Shown one piece after another: positions 51,546 through 64,000 of a stretch of 64,000 nucleotides of DNA. The notes under the pieces are model-generated. The model was given only the letters and a program-made list of their open reading frames with translations. It ran no database searches and had not been told where the DNA came from. Origin of the DNA: Podarcis liolepis (taxonomy: Eukaryota); NCBI GenBank assembly GCA_965112155.1, contig OZ218108.1, one strand, 5' to 3'. Numbering within the stretch: position 1 is the stretch's first letter; the number at the start of each line of letters is the position of its first letter. Made by a program: the position numbers and the translations under genes.

Positions 51546-52689
51546 CTGGTGGGGAAAGCACAAGCAATAGTTAAGAGTCAGATAAATCAGAATATTTTCT
51601 GATCTTCCTTTCTGTCCCCACAGCCCAAAGTTCACCAGCTCCACTAAGGTGCCTGTGAGCTCCACATAGTGCTAACCTTTTTTCAGTGCTGCGTGCCAGC
51701 AGAAGACCTGTGTTTCCATAAAGTATCTAGAAGGATGTTTACAGACTGCCTACAGGGATTGATAGATTGTTTTTACTTTAAAAGTGTTGCTATTTTATTT
51801 TCTATGCATTTGTTATTGTAACCCAACCTGCACTCTTCAGATAAAGGGCAGGATATTAAATTTTTAAAAAACCAACCAAATAAATACACAAATCCCCAGT
51901 CAAATAAGGAATTGTAAACAGAAAGTGTGCTTTGAGCCTGATTCCACTGCTTGGCCTATGCATATGGAGCTTGCAGACAGGAATGATGTAATCCTATTGA
52001 TTGAGAAAACCAAGGGCAGGATTCAGCACTCTGTGCTCCCCTATTCTCTCCAAAGAGCTAATTGTCTGGCTTCCAGCTTTTTACAACAGTCTTCATATGT
52101 ACAGACCATATATATGTATGTATATGCTTTGCTTGTAATATATCACTTTAATCGTTAGCTGTTTTAAATGCAAACATTCAAGTTCTGAGGACTTTACAAT
52201 GAACTCAAGAAATTCCTGAACCTAAAGAAAAACAGTAAACTTGAAAGTTCTTCACTGCATTTACTGACTTGGATCCAGTCTTGCCTCAGGAATAAATCCA
52301 CTACAGTATCTGGAAACTCCTATGGGCAAGAGCAATTTCCTGCAAGTCTTCATTCACCCTGCAGCACCTGAAAACATTCTTGGGAGGGTTGGGAGATCCT
52401 CCAGAAGTATACAGAGATGTTGCCAAAAACCACTTACTCTGGCTTCTGCACATGGGAATAACCAGTTAGCAGAGGAGTCTCCACTGGATCAAACTCCCCT
52501 CTGTGAATGGGAGAAAGACCTTCCTTTGGAGATAGAGATGCCTAAATCCCATCCATCAATTGCTTTATCTTAATCTTGATGTTCCACATCCAGAATTACA
52601 TTTCCATCAAATTTTCCACCATTACTGTAGCTAGGCAGATGCCTCTGTGATGCTCACAAGCAGGGCATGGGGGATGATACAGCAATTCA

Positions 52690-53000
52690 GGATTTATAAC
52701 AGTTTATATACTTACTCATCTTTAATCTGACTACGTCACTTTTAAAGCCATCTAATCTAGCAGTCAACACACTGTGTGGCACTGCATTCCATAAACCAAA
52801 ATTAATTATGCCTTGTGTGAAGTACTTTCTTTTATCTCTCCTGAATCCACTGCCAATCAACCTCATTGCATGACGCTGAGTTCTAGTACTATGAAAGGAA
52901 GAAAACCTATCTCTGTTCACTTTCTCTGCACCATGCGTAATTTTAAAAACCTCAATCTTCCTTTAGTTCATATTTTTACTGAACTAAAAGGCTCAGAAAG
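52690..53000 (-). mobile_element. CR1 LINE 3' fragment
   Basis: TRTQRHAMRLIGSGFRRDKRKYFTQ..WN..P (CR1 ORF2 C-terminus). Confidence 0.8.
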
Positions 53001-54077
53001 CATAAGCCACTTTAGTCAAAAGTCAAATTAAAATCTTACAAATATGAAATATTTTTTACTTGAATATTTCAAGAGCTTTCTGAGCAACTGATTATACTTA
53101 TGCTACACTGTAGTCCCATGGGCTTGAGAAGTACTACACCTGACAGAGTGGTTTGTGAATACATACAAAAAAATAGGAAAAATAAAAATCATGTGATGCA
53201 TTTTTCAACCCAATTTTTCAAGGTTGAAAAATGCAGGATACAACCTCATTGACTTGACATACACACTGATAATCTGCTGAACAATTCTGACATAGTGCTC
53301 CATCTTAAATCTGTAGAACATTGTGGAAATGCTCTAAAGAGGCATGCTTAAACCCCATTGAAATTAATAGCAAGTAAAATTGTCAATATCCAGACAGTTT
53401 TATTATCTGGATTGCACCCAAACTTTCCTACCCCCCTTAAAGTAAGATTACTTATTTATTACATCTATATATCACCTTTATCTTCCAAGGAGCTGAAGGT
53501 ATTGTATACGGTTTTCCTCCTCCCCATTTCATCCTCACAACAACCCAGTGAGGTAGGTTAGACTAAGAGACGATAACTTGCCCAAGGTTACCCAGTGAGC
53601 CTCATGACAGAGTGGGGATTTGAACCTTGGTGTCCCAGGTCATAGTCCAACACTCTAACCTGATTGTAAAAAACAACAACCCAAACCACCTTCCCTCACT
53701 TTTCCCTAATATTGGGGTGAGTATACATGGTTAAGAAATAACATTGTACGTATTCCATGAGAAGGAGTTACTTTTTTCATAGTCTATTGTAATTTCAGTG
53801 CCTCATTAAAAAGCATGTAGTTTATAAATCTTAGTTAACATTAACCATAGGTTTAGTATTATGAGCAAACTTGGATTCCCTCCATAACTATGGTTATGGA
53901 ATATTTACCACGCACAAGCTATAGAGCTGTAAGTGAACAGCAGCTCTTGTGTCTCCTTTAATGGAGATCAAGGTTTAAGTGATAATTTACTAGATGCATC
54001 AGCTTTAACTATGGTTTGTTAACCATACTGTAGTTTGTGCAAATCAGGCCAATGTAATTATTCCAGAGTGGTCTTAC

Positions 54078-54244
54078 CTCACAAGCATCTCTAACAGAGG
54101 CCATGTTCCCCTCATGCAAACGGGACATTGAAGAACTTCCAGGTAGTATGTTAACATAGAAGGTGATTTCCAAGGAGGATCGTGTTGAAGAAGAGAATAC
54201 ATGATATGAAAGAACTGAACAGGAAGTGCAGGGTCTGAATTTCC
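54078..54244 (-). CDS. SLF1: SLF1 exon (GNSDPALPVQFFHIMYSLLQHDPPWKSPSMLTYYLEVLQCPVCMRGTWPLLEMLV)
   Basis: ttacag|GGA...GTGAG|gtaaga; 167 nt, phase 0/2; PPWKSP and QCPxC motifs. Confidence 0.95.
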
Positions 54245-54540
54245 CTGTAATCAAACATGAACACATCTCATTCTATCACTCTGCTCCAATCTTACACCTG
54301 TTGGCCCTGCCACTGAAATTAACTAGTTTGAGACAAATCAATGGTGTTTTAAAATACATACCACCCTTCAACAATGTTTCCACACTATATATATCACTAA
54401 GCCATCTTTCTTTATTGGATCTGCCATTTAAGCAGCATTATAACCCACTTTTTTCTATCATGAAACTCAAAGTGGTGTATGTAGATTTCTCAGGTAATCT
54501 TTTACCATTAATCCCAAACCATTAAGAATAATTTACAGTT

Positions 54541-54871
54541 AAGGACCCCTGACCATTAGGTCCAGTCGTGACCGACTCTGGGGTTGCGGCGATCATCTCG
54601 CTTTATTGGCCAAGGGAGCCGGCATAAAGCTTCCGGGTCATGGAGCCAGCATGACTAAGCCGCTTCTGGCGAACCAGAGCAGTGCAAGGAAACGCCATTT
54701 ACCTTCCCGCCAGAGCGGTACCTATTTATCTACTTGAGCTTTGACGTGCTAGGTGGGCAGGAGCAGGGACTGAGCAACGTCAGCTCACCCCGTCGCGGGG
54801 ATTCGAACCGCGACCTTCTGATCAGCAAGTCCTAGGCTCTGTGGTTTAACCCAAAGTGCCACCTACGTCCC
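54541..54871 (-). mobile_element. Sauria SINE
   Basis: Full-length consensus-like element, B box; imperfect TSD ataatttacagtta/acaatttacactta. Confidence 0.92.
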
Positions 54872-55024
54872 ACAATTTACACTTACACAGTATGAATTAA
54901 AAGCCCATCAGTTTCAATGTGTTGGTGGGAATGAAGTGCTAGCTCTTTTCTACGTCGAAGACTGGCAGCCTAGAAACCTAGGAATACACCGTAGTGAAGG
55001 TCCTTAAATACAAAAGCTGCCTTA

Positions 55025-55165
55025 TACCATTGGGTCCATCTAAGTCAGTACTGTTGCCACTTACTGGCAGCAGCTTTAGGTGTGTCTGCCAGTTCTACCT
55101 GGAGATACCAGGGATTGAACCAGGGATGCTCTGCATGTAAAGCATGTACTTTACCAGTGAGCTAC
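55025..55165 (-). mobile_element. tRNA-derived short SINE
   Basis: Minus strand gtagctcactggtaaagtac..ggttcaatccctgg head. Confidence 0.65.
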
Positions 55166-55318
55166 ATACATTTCACATAGGGCAATCAGAAATGCTCCAG
55201 ACTTGCATGCATAACTAGGAAGAAGGGCTGCTGTTTCACCTGAGCTTGGCACCCAGAGGTGGGTGGCTTGAGGGCTACCTAACAAATGCTGATTAGTTCT
55301 TCCCACATGGATATATAT

Positions 55319-55698
55319 GGGACACGGGAGGTGCTGTGGTCTAAACCACTGAGCCTCTTGGGCTTGCCAATCAGAAGGCTTGCAGTCCGAATCCCCGCAA
55401 CAGGGTGAGCTCCCGTTGCTCTGTCCCTGCTCCTGCCAACCTAGCAGTTTGAAAGCACGCCAGTGCAAGTAGATAAACGGGTACCACTGCGGCGGGAAGG
55501 TAAATGGCATTTCCGTGTGCTCTGGTTTCCATCACGGTGTTCCGCTGCGCCAAAAGCGGTTTAGTCATGCTGCCCACATGACCCAGAAAGCTGTCTGTGG
55601 ACAAACACCATCTCCCTTGGCCTGAAAGTGAGATGGGCGCTGCAACCCCATAGTCGCCTTTGACTGGAGTTAACTGTCCAGGGGTCCTTTACCTTTAC
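55319..55698 (+). mobile_element. Sauria SINE
   Basis: gggacacggg..ctaaaccactgagcc..gtgcaagtagataaa..(accttt)n tail. Confidence 0.92.
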
Positions 55699-55730
55699 AT
55701 AGATATATGTCTGTCAGAAGTGACAGAGTT

Positions 55731-55919
55731 CAGTGGTACCTTGGGTTACAAACACCTTAGGTTACAAACACTTTGGGTTTGTACTAATTTTGCCCCAGGA
55801 TGAGAACAGAAATCACACGTCGGCCGTGTGGCAGCAGCGGGAGGCCCCATTAGCAAAAGCGCACTTCAGGCTAAGAATGGTTTCAGGCTAAGAACGAACC
55901 TCCAGAACGAATTAAGTTA
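55731..55919 (+). mobile_element. Tigger-type MITE, right TIR missing
   Basis: Starts CAGTGGTACCTTGGGTTAC; breaks at a TA after gaacgaattaagt. Confidence 0.75.
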
Positions 55920-56268
55920 CCGCATTTTTCGCCCTATAGGACGCACTTTTCCCCCTCCAAAAATGAAGGGGAAATGTGTGTGTGTCCTATGGGGCGAATG
56001 CAGGCTTTCGCTGAAGCCTGGAGAGCGAGATGGGTCGGTGCGCACCGACCCCTCTCACTCTCCAGGCTTCAGGAAGCCCTCTGCAAGCCTTGGGAGCCCA
56101 CGGGAGTTCCCACCAGGCTCCCAAGGCTTGCGGACAGCAGCCTGCAGCCCGAAACCTGGGGAGCACAGAGGAGCACGCCCCGGGCTTCACGCAGCTCTCC
56201 GCAATCCTTGGGAGCCCGGCGCAACTTCCCGCAGGCTCCCTAGGCTTGCGGACAGCAGCCTGTTCTGT
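55920..56268 (+). mobile_element. Tc2-like (TcMar) element with GC-rich internal hairpins, truncated
   Basis: TA|CCGCATTTTTCGCCCTATAGGACGCAC start; internal inverted repeats. Confidence 0.7.
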
Positions 56269-57001
56269 TTTTTAACATGGAAACAGAGTATATACATTGT
56301 AAACAGGGAAGAATGGCAAGCCAAACCTAACTGCTGGAATTTGGTTTTGAAGTCAGAACTCAGTGTTCTTGGCCACTAAGTAATCACAGCCAACTCAAAA
56401 ACTTTCAGTTTCTAGGTCTGAGAGTCGCTTGAAAGGTCATGGTACCTCCATTTGCCCTTTATTACCATGGCATGGATGTCAGAATTCACAAGGAAAGGGA
56501 TGTAATTGCCTCCTGCTCCTGCAAGTTCCTTATTCACTGCAATGGAAAGTGCCTCCCCAACACAGCCTGCCAAACTGGCTAGCATTTCGATACTACAGGA
56601 AAGATTCATATAGCAAAATCGGTGTGCATTGTGTGCTAAACACATTAACTGGGATTTTAGTGTGGTAAATACTAAAATCCATAGCATCAAACTAGGGGGA
56701 AAACAAATGGGAAAATAAGGTTAAAAATAAAAGCAACTGAAAAAGTAAAAACAACTTATCAACCTCTTTTACATTGACATCATGCTTCATATCTGAAAAG
56801 AGTATTTAGTACCTACATAGTAGTATGAGTAAAATCCTTACAACAGCCTTGTAAGGGAGGTCAGTACTGTATTAAGAAATTTTGAAGATGAGGTGCTGAA
56901 GGCACAAACAGTTGGCTAAGGTAAGACAAGAGAAACCAGTGACCCGGTCACTCCTTCTTAGCCACTGCAATGTGCCAGTTCTCATAAGCTGCCATTCTCA
57001 C

Positions 57002-57154
57002 CTGAAGTATGTGCTCTAATAGAGAGTGAATAAGTTTAGCAGGAGGAATCAGATCTTTTCCAGATAAAAATTCTGAGATTGCTATAGGAAATAAGTGGTC
57101 ATCTACTAGTTCAAGTATATTGTTGGTTCCTCCAGAACGGCGAGTATTTTTTAC
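57002..57154 (-). CDS. SLF1: SLF1 exon (VKNTRRSGGTNNILELVDDHLFPIAISEFLSGKDLIPPAKLIHSLLEHILQ)
   Basis: ccctag|GTA...CAG|gtgaga; 153 nt, phase 0/0; IPP..LH.LLE..LQ conserved. Confidence 0.92.
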
Positions 57155-59281
57155 CTAGGGAATGAAAGACTAAGAATTACAAGATTAAGCACTGATCAGA
57201 TACACATAAACATAAGTTAGGGCCGTTTAAAGAAACTCCTAAGTTCATTGGTTAATCGATTAAACTGTATTTGCATATGAATTGAGGCAATTCTAAAGCA
57301 CAAAGAAAGCCTTTATTTTTAGAGAATGCACAAAAGTGCCAAACTAGGTATAGTTTTAGAAGTCACATTTCCTCCAGTGTGGTAGAGAAAGAGAAAACAG
57401 TTATCCATAGTTTTTATAAGTATAGATGTATTAAAAATGATTGCTTTTAAACAGTCTGTTGCTTGATTAATTGGGACTCTTCTTTGGTCAATCAATTCTT
57501 TAAAAATTGATAAATCCAAGTTGAAACCCTAACACAAAGTCTTAACTTAAAAAAAAAATGTAAAAGAACAGCAAATTTTGTAACAAAAAATAAAATGCAA
57601 AAACAGACAGCCTGCTTGCATCCCCCAACCCCACTAAGCCACTTTGACAGTTGATGGGGCCGTGCCCCCTGTCAATCACCCAGCATGCCTGGTGACAATT
57701 TTTTCCCCTTGTAGTGGGACAAGCTGAGAGATGGTAACGCCAAGCTTGCTTTTAACAGGAATCAGCTGCACAGCCAATCCAGTGGGCTTGAGGTTATTGC
57801 TTATTACCATTGATAGGCACTGATAAGCCCACTAGAGTTCGACATGCTCTGTTTGGGGCAGGGGTCAACTGCACTACTAAGTTCCTCCAAAGCATAATCA
57901 AGGAGGGCACTTTTAAGGTTCCCGCATCTCTACCTGCCCCACACCTGACATCACATATGATGAGCATGGTTTAGGGAAAATGGTCTGATGGGCCAAACTG
58001 GGACCCCTGCCACGCCTATTAGGCCTGTGAGCTGGAGGTTTTCCACCCCTGGCCTACTGGATTAACCCACTGGGAATAGCAACAATCCTTTACCAATGTC
58101 ATACCCCAGGTCTATCCCAGGTATTCCTCTAAATACTTTCCATCCTCGCATCCACCATGTTTGCTGTTTAACACAGGATAGTAAGAAATAAAAATGAAAG
58201 TACTTTTTTTTTAGTTATTCGTTTAATTATGTTGTATTGCAGAACATCTATTATTAAACTTAATTTTCTTAAAGGGTGATGTACAGGTGGGTTTCAGGAT
58301 TGCAATCTCCAAGGAATAAGTTGTTGGGAGGATCAGTGCATGACTCACTGGGGGCTTTCATAAAACAAAATTATAAATCTGGCATATACCTCACATCATT
58401 ACTCTAGCTCACAGAGCTATCCCAAATCACAACTAGCTGCGTTCCAGATTTATAAATTGCATAACTCCCATCGTAAGCAAGAAGAGCAGCAAGTGCTGAA
58501 TTACCATAAATTATACATTAAGCACTGGGATATCCCTTTGTGAATTTCAAAAGCTATAAAAGATAGATATGCTGTGCAGATATTTAAGCCTACCTAATTG
58601 CCCCATGCTGAGGACTCTGAAATGATCCAAAGGGTTGCTATGTAAAACATTTGTATGTGGCAATTTCTGTGGGCGTAGGATCTTTTAGTGTGAGCTCAGC
58701 TAATTCTCTGGATTGCAGACACTATCCAGCACACACAGATACGTTTAATTAAGGATGGATTCGCATTCTACATTGGCAGCAAAGCTTGTCATTTGAACAC
58801 AAGGGGTTGCAATTCTAAAAAGAACAGATTCCCCAGATGGGAACCTGGAGTGCACCCAGTCAATATTTGTAAGCAAGACATGGGGGAAAGGGGCGGAGAG
58901 TCCATAGCCATAACCTCCTTCAGGTTTGAATACTCATACATATGTGGGAGTATCAATAGCTGCAATAGAAAGACTGCTTGTTCTGCATGCATGCCAGTGC
59001 TTTTTAGGTGTTTTTTTCTATTGCCCTTGAAAGCTGCAGCATTTGAAGTAGAATAAAGAAAACATGCATGAATGTGCTATATATGTGTATGCTGAGCTGT
59101 GATAGACACACTATGAAGTCACCACCATTCGTAAGCTTTCCTCTCTCCTTACTTAGCATATTATTTAAAGGTAAAGGCAACATTTGTTGAAACCCAATCA
59201 CTGGCAAGAAACTAAAACTATTCCAGCATCATCTTTTTCTTTCTCTCTCTCCCCCCTCCCAGCCCAGTATCCATATCTTAC

Positions 59282-59335
59282 CACATTTCTGCACTCAGTC
59301 ATTTGGTCTATTTGAGTATATTTTCTTAGCATAGC
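59282..59335 (-). CDS. SLF1: SLF1 exon (AMLRKYTQIDQMTECRNV)
   Basis: ttacag|GCT...GTG|gtaaga; 54 nt, phase 0/0; corresponds to human AVRYNCIRIDKQPVYNVE. Confidence 0.85.
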
Positions 59336-61044
59336 CTGTAAATTAAAAGCAAATTATTGATTTAAAATAAGAATGTACGCTTAACTCGAAATTTGTCAGT
59401 CATAGTGCATGGTAACAATACAAAGGAAATTGTTTGATCCTAAAGCTGTTTACTTGGAAGCTAGTTTCACCAAGTTCCGGAGTGACGACTGAGGTTTACA
59501 GTCATAGGTTCATAGGGGATAGTTACTGAGGCATTTTGTGAACATCGTAAGAGGTAATGGCAGGCCTTATAGGGAACTGCTGCTGAGTAAGCACATGGGG
59601 TAAAGAAATGCCATTGGATACACGGAATAAGTTGGGAGGGTCCTCGGTATCAGCAGCATTTTGCAGTTCTTATGAGATTCACTATTCAGGCAATGTCCTT
59701 TCCAAAATCATTACCAAGCTATGGGTAGAGTTATGGGTAAAACACAAAAAAGTAATCAAGTAAAATTTGCCAGATGTTGGCAGACATATACACAAACAGC
59801 TCCCTGTGCCCCACAGCACAGAGCCAAACTCAGGTATTTAGACTGTATGCAATTGGATGCATATACTGAAAAAGTTTCCTCCATTCAATTTGAACAATTC
59901 CCCCCTATTGCACTCAACCCCCCCCCCACCAATATAGCCCTATACCCTCCAACATCCTACTGATCAAAATTGGGGTGCTCATTTTTTGGGTCCTGAGCGC
60001 TCATGGGAACCAGCTGACCAGACCAAAAAACAGGACATTCTGGGATCCAATGAGAAGCCAGGATGGCTTCTGTAATTCCATCATGTCCCATTCGATTCGG
60101 GACAGTTGAGCAGTATGCAGTCAATGATATTTGGGATGTAGGCAGAAAGGAAAGAGTAGTTGTTTAAGCAGACTTCTGCTCTTGTAACTGCTGGATGCCA
60201 CTCATTAGCTAGGATCCAACTGAGCCTATCACAAGTAATGACACATCCGCTTGTGTAGGGGGTGCTTCCACAATTTTCTTCCTCTAGCTGCAGTCCCCTA
60301 CGCCACATCCCATGCCTTTCCAAAGGGCTCCCTACTGTTTATGAGCAGCTTTGGAAGGAGGGTGGAAGTAGGGGACAAGGAAAGTCCCATTGCACAGGGA
60401 GTAACTACCAATAATTAATCCAAAATATTGATTTTAAAAATAATCCACCACATTTTCACTCTGTTTGCACCCCTACCAAAGTAGGCATCAGTTAACCTAG
60501 TTGTGCATAATATTCATCTCTTTAAGAGTGTAAAGGGGGTGTAATACACTGTTTAAATATTAAGGTAGTTAAACCCAGAGATAGCTCCAATTCTCACAAT
60601 GATTGATTTTTTGATAGAAAGAAGTCCCATTTGAAAGGTGAAGTCCCATTTCCAGTGCGTGTTCTCTCCACCAACTTAATAACAGTTTTTCATTAAAGCA
60701 GTATTGACAGATTGGGCCTATATCATTTTTGTATAATTCTAAAACTTTTAAATCCTTTTCATTGATTTATCACATGGCATCATTCCTTTTGTAATAATTC
60801 CCTTTCATGATTCCTTCACAAGACCTCATGCATTCTCTGTTTTTCACTATTTGCATTTGTAACAGCCATTTCATCATTGGACCTGCTCTGCTCAATGAGA
60901 CTTTAAGAAGTGGATCCCAACCTCTATACACTATTTTTTTTAACACAGTGCAATCAGCTTTCTTCCACATTTATTTCTGTGGACTTTTTTCTTCAGTTGA
61001 CTTATGCTATAAAAGTAATAAATGTACATAAGACTAGTTTTTAC

Positions 61045-61176
61045 CTGTTCAGAATATATATGCTTTATAAGTTCATTTTTCATTTCAGCAAGATGCCTGC
61101 CAGTCATCACCTGCCTTGACTGTTCGGGTTTAAGATGGTTCTCCTGGTATTTTTCAGCATCGTTTTTAATTTCCTT
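61045..61176 (-). CDS. SLF1: SLF1 exon (KEIKNDAEKYQENHLKPEQSRQVMTGRHLAEMKNELIKHIYSEQ)
   Basis: cccag|AAGGAA...GAACAG|gtaaaa; 132 nt, phase 0/0; similar to recalled human KEIQND...EMKGALRETMYRTQ. Confidence 0.9.
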
Positions 61177-62362
61177 CTGGGTGATAAATGCAGCATATTA
61201 TTGTCTATTCAAATATAGAGAGGCCATATAGCAACACAGACAATTACAGTTAAAACACTATGGGTTGGATCCAGCCTAGTTTTTTGGTGAATGGAATGAC
61301 TTCTTCCATTTGCTATAGGAATTGAGATCCAGAAGAAGCCTCCCCACTGGAAGAAAGTGCCCAGTGCCCTCTTGTCATCCTGTTCCAGGGAATCTCCTGA
61401 TTTTTCTGAAGCAGCTTTTTAGGGGCTCATTTTCAGGGGTTCCTCCTGCAGGTAGTCTGGATCCAACTCAAGCAATTTGGACTTTTCCTAGAGGTGGCTA
61501 AACTTTGGCCCTCCAAATGTTCCTGAACTGGAACTACCATCATTCCTGGCCATTGGTCCTATTGGTGGAGGATGATGAGACCTGGAGTCCAACAACATCT
61601 GAAGGGCCATTAGTTAGCCTCCCCTGGCTTAGAGAGGAGAGCTCTATTATTGAAACAGCTGTGAATATGTGAAAATATAATTAGAAAGAGAGCTTGTTCA
61701 AGCATTCAATATATGGGCCCCAATCTTCAGGAAGGCACACACAAGGCTTTCAGTAATATGCTGTTAACAACCACAAGAAGAGGCCCAAGGAAGTGAATGA
61801 TTTCCATTCCCATCTGGATCCTGAGTTGGATAGGAAGGTGCATTCTGCTCAAAGCTTTATGTCAATAGGATTGCAGACATAGACTAAATGCACCAATCAT
61901 GTTCGACTACCAAGAGCAACTCCAAATCCAGTGCTGAAAAAAACATGCTTGCAACCCTGTTAGATGTGGGCATTCAGTTAGGTGATCAACATACATAGTG
62001 TACTGATCCAGAGATACGGTCTGAAGTCCTGGCAAACATTGTCACAACGTCTCCAACACCAACCTTGCCAGGATTTGCTATCCTCAAACACACAAAAGCA
62101 AATCACGGTCCAACATTTCCTTAATGCTGCTATACTTCACTGTCTTGTATGCAATCTAAGGAAGATGATACAATAGCAGTCTGATAATTTTCACTCTGAA
62201 GTATTCATGAGAATTTAAATGCTTCAAAATAAAAATCAGAGTTGAAATATTAATCCAATGATAATTTGGCTTAAATTGGACTCTTAAATTTGCCACAAAT
62301 CAACAGTTACATTTAAAATAATGTATTTCGATTATGATTCTCATTATATTAAGTGTACTTGC

Positions 62363-62525
62363 CTCTAAGAGATAAATTTCTAAATAGCCAACTGGACAAT
62401 ATGGCACACCAATGAGATGCTTCTCTTTTTCTTGATCTAATGCTGGGTTATTAGTTAACACATGAGTAATGTCCTTTGGTGCACTTAATGCTGCATAGAC
62501 TGTGGCTTTTCCTGCTTCTAGAACT
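62363..62525 (-). CDS. SLF1: SLF1 exon, end of BRCT2 (VLEAGKATVYAALSAPKDITHV...YLEIYLLE)
   Basis: ctacag|A GTT CTA GAA; 163 nt, phase 2/0; GC donor GAG|GCAAGT; matches recalled human RVLEAGKANV...ITHV...YLGDFLLE. Confidence 0.92.
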
Positions 62526-64000
62526 CTGTAGGAGTGAAACAATATAAACTTGATGGAAATATAAAATGTAACTCTTATTTTAAAACCTACACAACATACA
62601 AAAAAGGAAGCATAAATCTACTCTTTAATTCTGTGGTGGCGGTGAGGGAACACATACCTAAAAATGTAGTTTTAAAAATTCCTATCAGAAACATGCATAT
62701 TTGCTTTGTCAATGCATTAGTTTAAAACTGAACAGATTTCATATAGTCAAAATGCTTGATTCGGTGGTTGTTGTTTTTAAACAACAGTTTTTAAACTGAT
62801 CAACAGAAATTACTACCAGATTTACATGCGAAGAGCCAACTGTATGAAAAAGTCCCATGTGAAAAACGGGCAGAAATGGGAATGACCACAATAGACAATA
62901 TTCATTTCCCATTTTTTTCTTCTCTCCAAGTAAGTTCATGGTTCTTCAGATGGGAGCAACTTGATAGAAACACCAAACCTAACATACTCACAAAAGGAAA
63001 TGGAAATATGGCCTAGGAAGCACAGTGGACATAAGATCCTTTCACACAAAAAAATAATTCAGTTAGGATTTATCTACACTTTACGGGCACGGTCAACGCT
63101 TTAATGTTCTCCTTTTTTTGCTGCTGCGAAAACCTGCTCTTTAAAGTTGAATCGGAGCCAACATCAATGCATGGAAAACCTGAACTGCTTTTTCTTGCTT
63201 GGGCACAGAACTTTGAAGCATGGACCTGTGCAGGGCACCTGTTTGGATAAGCCCCAAATCTCTAATGCCAGATTATTGGCTCCTGTGTGTAACCTAGGCC
63301 ATCTTCACTCCAGTCAGTATGAACACCTGGCCCCATTCTGCAACCATGTGATGCAAATTGCAATAGTGCATCCTACTACTTCCTTTTTCTACCTATAGTT
63401 TGTTGGGCAGCACAATGAGGCTGCTGCTTCCTCTCCTTCACTGTAGCTAAATGAGGGTGTGAAAGCACCACATGGACTCCCCCAAAGAGTTTATGTTGGA
63501 AAATCAGCACAACACAAATACATGTGGGAAAGGGGCTGCCAATTCTGCTGGAGTTTTCTTATATGCCTTTTATCAAATACTTGATAAAAGTAGGCAAGGG
63601 CCTAAGTCTGTATGACAATGAGTGATTTGAATTGTACAGTTTACTGGGAAAGGAAACTAATTTTAATTTCATCAAGAAAAGGACACTTCAGGTACAACAG
63701 TACAGGTGGATTTGTAACACTGTAATACAAGTACCATCTCCTCCTGTTAAGCCCCCACAATCAACCATGATGGGGAGAGCTATGGGCAGAAAGACAGAGA
63801 AGCAAAAGAAAAGTAGTAAAATAACCGCTGAGTTTAGCAGTGAAAACAGTAAATTAAAAATAAATTCTGAAGAATGTACGATATATTGAAGGTGCACAGG
63901 ACAGCATACATGCAATTACCTCACCTTATCCTTACAATCCTGAGATCATTTGTCCTAGGTCTCCAACTGAGCTTCTAATAGAGATTTGAACCCAAGTCTC

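Noticed and set aside
53197-53235. Perfect 14-bp inverted repeat
   Set aside because: Short, AT-rich and isolated; likely a template-switch or TE remnant
55828-56379. 183-aa ORF and overlapping ORFs
   Set aside because: GC-rich transposon interior lacking stops by composition
57319-57528. Phase-0 open frame after an AG in an SLF1 intron
   Set aside because: No similarity to SLF1; flanking exons already join correctly
60770-61010. Purine-rich stretch as a second degenerate SLF1 repeat exon
   Set aside because: Stops in the relevant frame, no convincing splice pair, weak similarity
1-64000. CRISPR arrays, operons, rRNA, viral or organellar inserts
   Set aside because: Intron-rich vertebrate DNA; no repeat-spacer arrays or long intact foreign ORFs seen

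Overview
Vertebrate genomic DNA, most likely a lacertid lizard (Sauria SINEs and squamate MITEs). It holds the convergent 3' ends of two conserved genes: MCTP1 on + (last 5 coding exons, 5853-25628) and SLF1/ANKRD32 on - (14 coding exons from the end of BRCT2 through the ankyrin repeats to the stop, 62525-37691). All exon phases join cleanly. Typical squamate repeats are scattered throughout (Tigger/pogo, Tc2-like and hAT MITEs, Sauria and tRNA/CR1-tail SINEs, L1, L2, CR1, microsatellites). The main unexpected result is a heavily decayed minus-strand gene (~33.8 kb to ~0.35 kb) that starts in the MCTP1-SLF1 gap and is interleaved antisense with the last MCTP1 exons. Hand translation gives an ordered series of motifs: signal-peptide-like start, cadherin repeats, EGF repeats, more cadherin repeats, EGF repeats, then a TM-like segment and short tail. 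It is broken by stops, frameshifts and TE insertions and looks like the fossil of a large cadherin-EGF type I membrane protein gene. All homology calls are from motif recognition by eye and recalled sequences; no searches were run.
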